Of a stretch of DNA of 64,000 nt, positions 60,501 through 64,000 are shown piece after piece. Origin of the DNA: Amoebophrya sp. A120 (taxonomy: Eukaryota > Protista > Dinoflagellata); the NCBI GenBank assembly GCA_905178155.1, contig CAJINV010000015.1, positions 1,465,440-1,529,439 of the forward strand, read 5' to 3'. Numbering within the stretch: the stretch's first letter is position 1; every line of letters begins with the position of its first letter. Position numbers and translations under genes: made by a program. The notes below the pieces were generated by a model that saw only the letters and a list, made by a program, of their open reading frames with translations, was not told the DNA's origin and did no database searches.

Positions 60501-63500
60501 CCTACCGCCGAAGCCGCCCCAGAATAAGCTTCGCAACCGGCCCCCTTCGCTTTGCTTGCCGCGTGCGGCTAAAGGGCTGATGGCGGGCCGGCGTCCTGGA
60601 CGCCGGACCGCAAAAGGCGTCAAAGCGGCGATGCCGCTAGGGCAAGCGCAGGCGCGGCAACGCGGCTAAAGGGCTGACGGCGGGCCGGCGTCCGGGACGC
60701 CGGACCCGGACCGCAAAAGACGTTAAAGCGGCGAGGCCGCTAGGGCAAGCGCAGGCGCGGCAACGACCTTCCTCGGGGCAGACAGCGTTATGCTTTTCAA
60801 CCTTCTAGCCGCCTTCTACTCGACTCCAAGCCAAACCTTCTAAACGGAGTGCGTCGCACTCCCGTCTTTAGAATTATTTTTAAATCTACTAGCCCAGCGG
60901 GCGTCCGGGACGCCCGCGTCAAGAGGCTAGTAATAATAGCGAAATGAGTTTTGCCTCCCCCTTTGCTATAATCTATAGGAGGCGCTTAATTCTAAACAAA
61001 TGCGCTTAGACGGCTCCTTCTAGAGGCAATGTGTAACAGATTGGGCCTTTCCATTTTTCCTGTTCGCCATACCATCGCGCAGAATATTACTCCGCATGGT
61101 ATGGCGCACAGAGATGGCACGCATTTCATGGCATCGTGGGGACCAAAAACCCTGCCGCGAACTCCTGGGCCATCACTTTCCGGTCGGGCCGGGCAAAAGT
61201 GATGGCCAAGAGCTCGCTGGCCATCACTTTCCGGCCCGTCGGGCCAAAGTGATGGCCAAGAGCTTCTCCTGACCCGTCTATCACTTTCCAGTCGGACAAA
61301 CAACGAAATAATGGCCCAGTGTTCCTTGGCCATCCCCATCTCTTCGACTTCCCGGCCGGGCAAAAGTGATGGCCGAGAGCTTCTGGGCCATCGCTTTTGG
61401 CCATCATTTTTCCGGCTGCCCGAACAAGAGTGATGGCCGTGAGCTCCTCCTGGGCCATCACTTATTTCCGGTCGGGCAAAAGTTCCTCGGCCATCACTTT
61501 GCGATCGGTTCGGGCAAAAGTGGTAGCCGCGAGCTCCTTGGCCATCACTTTTGGCCATCGCCTCTCGTTCGGGCAAAACATCACTGTCCGGCCGAGGCAC
61601 GCAAAATCGATGGGTGGCCAGGAACTCCTCGGCCATCGTTTTCCGGCCGGGCGAAAGTGGTGGCCAAGAGCTCCGGGGCCATCGCTTTGTTTCGCTAGCT
61701 CGCTCGGGCAAAAGTAATGGCCGAGAACTCCCCGGCCATCAGTTTTCGCTCGCCTCGGGCAAAAGTGACGCACGGTCAACAGCTCGCTGGCCACCGTTTT
61801 AATTTCGGCCCGTCGGGCAAAAGTGATGGTCACGAGCTTCGTGGGCACCCCTTTTGGCTCGGGAAATAGTGATGGCCCGAAACTCCTTAGCCATCACTTT
61901 TGGCCACCACTTTCCGGGCGGGCAAAAGTGATGGTCAGCGGGCCGCCAAAGCCGCCCCAAAATGGGCTTGGCGGCTGGCCCCCCTTTGCTTCGCTTTGCT
62001 TGCCGGGCGCGCAAAAGGGGCTGACGCCGGGCCGGCGTCCTGGACGCCGGACCGCAAAAGCGCTAAAGCGGCGAGGCCGCTAGGGCAAGCGCAGGCAGGC
62101 CAAGGCGCACCAACCTCCCTCGAGGCAGCCCATGCATAAAGCAAAACCGCACCAGTCCGAGTCCCGCGGGCGGGTTGGACGGTCGTGCCTGGCTCCGTGT
62201 ACTCCTCGTTGTGCTTTTGCCTCCTCTTCCTCTTGTGGTGCCTCCTCCCCCTTTTTCTGAGGCGAATTCTGGGGCCTTTTGTGCCTGTTTCTGTCTGTGC
62301 CAGCCATGCCTTCATCTTCTAACCAGCCAAAATAGCGCGAGCGATGCGCGCTCCATGTGTAGCATTATTTTTCAAGCTACTAGCCCAGCGGGCGTCCGGG
62401 ACGCCCGCGTCAAGAGGCTAGTAATAATATTAATTCATGTCGTTAGGGTGCATTCTTAATAAAAATGCACATGTCATCTGAGAGGACTTCCAGATGCAGA
62501 TCAAGCTCCTGGACTACACAGCGACATCTTCGAGCTCCTGTGGAGCACTGCAATTGTGAAATATTAACCCACGAGGCTACTAGAAGAACCTTGCTCTCAA
62601 ACTTAAACTCAAACTCAACAAATGTCAGGATCATGAATCCGGACGACGACGGGTGGAAGTATGGAAATCCTCCGGGGCAGTTGACTTGGGCCGGGTGGGG
62701 CAGGCCGAAGGAGGAGCGCACCACCTTTTTCATATCAAATGCAAAAATGTCTGGGTCTGGAAGGTGGTAACTTGTGATGCTGAATCTGCATCATGCTAAA
62801 ATCTGTGTTGCATGAGTGCCAACAGCTGTCCACTTTGGACCAAGTTGGGAGGTTTTTTCTCATGCAGGATAGGCATGTTAGAGATCTCTCAGATTTTGTC
62901 ATGCTAGGTCCGGCATTCCAGACCTCATGGGTCATGGAAAATCTGCATGACAAGTTGCAACCTTCCAGACCCAGACATTTTTGCACTTGATATTTCAGAG
63001 ACCGTTGCAAAGAGCTGAAGAACGGGTACGACCTATCAAAAGGAAAAATTCCCCCTCCCCATATCGAAAAGGCATCCTTTTGAAAATTTGTGTTGCTGAT
63101 TTGTGGTCACAAATCAGGTTTGTCTTGCAAGAGAGCAAAGCCAGAGCTTTCGCCGCTTCGCGCAGGCGATTTGTAATGCTACTGCACCAACAGGGCAGAC
63201 GTCTGCCATGCTGGGCGCCCACCTCTAGCCAGCTCCTTCCAGGCTTTTTATCTGCCTGCACTCCTATATTGCAAGACAAATCTGATTTGTGTACTCCAAT
63301 CCCGCAACACAGGTTGCCACTTTGATATGGGGAGGGGGGATTTTTCCTTACGATACGACCAAGGGTGTCTGAACTTCCTCAAGTGGGTATCGCAAGGCAA
63401 AATCCCCCCTCCCCATATTGAAGAGGTAGGTTTTCGAAAATTTGTGTTGCTGATTTGAGGTCACAAATCACGTTTGTGTTGCATAGAGGAGAAGTGCAGA

Positions 63501-64000
63501 ACCTTCCGCCCCATTATAGAACGCGGTTTGTCATGCTGTTGAGCCAACATCACGGACGCTTTTCATGCTAAGCGCCTAAGTCAAAGCCTCTCTACTCAGG
63601 CTTGGCATGGGTCTGCAGTCCTCTCCAGCAAGACAAATGCGACTTGTGTACTCAAATACTGCATCACAAATTTCGTTTTCGATATGGGGAGGGGGGATTT
63701 TTCTTTTTGATAGTGGGTATCCTGTGTGAAAACGTCCCCACAACCACATCATAGTCAAGACGCAGAATCTACTTCTGCTACACAAATCTACAAGTCTATC
63801 TTTATTTGACTGCCGCGCATGAGAACCCCGGGATCGTAGTGTGGTCGTGTTTATATAGTTAGTACAATTATCGCATCACAATCACAAATCGACTACCTCA
63901 TCCTGATTCGAGCATGACAAATTGCAAAACAGCTGCTTCAGAAACTGCTTCTGGTGGGGCTTCGCATGAGAAACATTTTTAAGCATGCAGGTTTGCGTGA
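54588..64000 (+). CDS. Spliced gene with C-terminal GH45 endoglucanase-like domain; runs off window end, start uncertain
   Basis: Spliced: WEDGTLTAYWDCATMG...LWVTGAASD...KCYLI...AMLTNSCPG...CQRPKTHIDVAAPGWDN...RCKELKNGYDQGCLNFLKW, resembling GH45 motifs TRYWDC, HFDxxxPG and GCxxxxxW; GT-AG introns 54761-54857, 56176-56489, 57842-62628. Confidence 0.72.
55076..55318. mobile_element. TIR introner family A containing a (GT)n tract
   Basis: TSD GGCGA/TGCGA; joins SGA|NNTNNLGPF. Confidence 0.9.
56700..56966. mobile_element. TIR introner family A variant
   Basis: ATCCCTGGATGTCTGGAAGA TIR; TSD CATGG. Confidence 0.93.
57166..57396. mobile_element. TIR introner family B
   Basis: TSD TCATC. Confidence 0.93.
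57450..57714. mobile_element. TIR introner (I/K-like ends, diverged)
   Basis: TATCG...TTTTTTCTTGCGATA; TSD GCCAG. Confidence 0.85.
57882..60930 (+). mobile_element. Non-autonomous Helitron-like element, unit 1
   Basis: 3' hairpin GCGGGCGTCC-G-GGACGCCCGC (60897-60917) then CTAG|T; absent from the paralogous intron at ~50587. Confidence 0.72.
58125..61935. repeat. Degenerate palindromic minisatellite (~45-50 bp unit) in three blocks
   Basis: GGCCATCACTTTCCGGTCGGGCAAAAGTGATGGCCAAGAGCTCC-like units at ~58125-58850, ~59345-60345, ~61165-61935. Confidence 0.9.
58865..59280. repeat. Cluster of ~40-bp inverted repeats
   Basis: CCCCCTGYTGTCGTCAGGATACTGTCGCGAA paired with its reverse complement about three times. 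Confidence 0.85.
60931..62421 (+). mobile_element. Non-autonomous Helitron-like element, unit 2 (head-to-tail)
   Basis: Same 5' block TTTTGCCTCCCCCTTTGCTATAATCTATAGGAGGC and same 3' hairpin (62388-62408) plus CTAG. Confidence 0.72.
62733..62992. mobile_element. TIR introner family A
   Basis: TSD TTTCA. Confidence 0.95.
63034..63355. mobile_element. TIR introner family G
   Basis: TSD CGACC. Confidence 0.95.
63388..63712. mobile_element. TIR introner family G (opposite orientation to 5544-5866)
   Basis: TSD GTGGG. Confidence 0.95.
63718..64000. mobile_element. TIR introner family E (truncated by window end)
   Basis: Starts TATCCTGTGTGAAAACGTCCCCA; interior resembles the reverse complement of 679-960. 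Confidence 0.8.

Noticed and set aside
58046-62139. Dense overlapping ORFs and a regularly repeated palindromic unit suggesting a CRISPR array or coding repeat
   Set aside because: Units are degenerate and contiguous with no unique spacers, no cas genes are present, and the ORFs arise from stop-poor GC-rich repeats.
14388-63010. Many short ORFs sharing peptides such as SNVKMSGSG, FQTQTFLHLI, PDPDIF and KCLGLE, resembling a protein family
   Set aside because: They are translations of the family A TIR in different frames and strands, not genes.
5544-63712. Ciliate-type TA-bounded internal eliminated sequences
   Set aside because: Restoring the frame needs loss of both TAs plus one 5-bp repeat rather than retention of one TA, and the standard genetic code fits. 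DNA-level removal cannot be strictly excluded without reads.

Overview
Eukaryotic genomic DNA, most likely an Amoebophrya-like syndinian dinoflagellate (inferred from gene and intron architecture). Every gene I could reconstruct is on the + strand. The dominant feature is about 50 short (115-370 bp) non-coding elements from more than 10 sequence families. They have terminal inverted repeats (TIRs), mostly TAT...ATA, and are flanked by a 5-bp target-site duplication (TSD). Nearly all sit inside coding exons, in either orientation. Removing the element plus one TSD copy restored the reading frame at every intact exon-embedded copy I checked by hand, although the junctions are almost never GT-AG, so they behave as introner-like non-canonical introns. 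Removing them reveals genes the ORF track hides: an ELMO/CED-12-domain protein (14 elements), a GH45 endoglucanase-like protein, an RNase H1-like protein and a multi-pass membrane protein with a C-terminal SHP-like motif. The window also holds ordinary GT-AG introns, a head-to-tail pair of Helitron-like elements with palindromic minisatellites inside one such intron (its empty site is visible in a paralogue), a second TSD-less element family, and a mosaic of segmental duplications at 47.8-52.6 kb. I recognised no transposase, rRNA, tRNA or CRISPR array. All alignments were done by eye, and the family letters A-N are my own labels.
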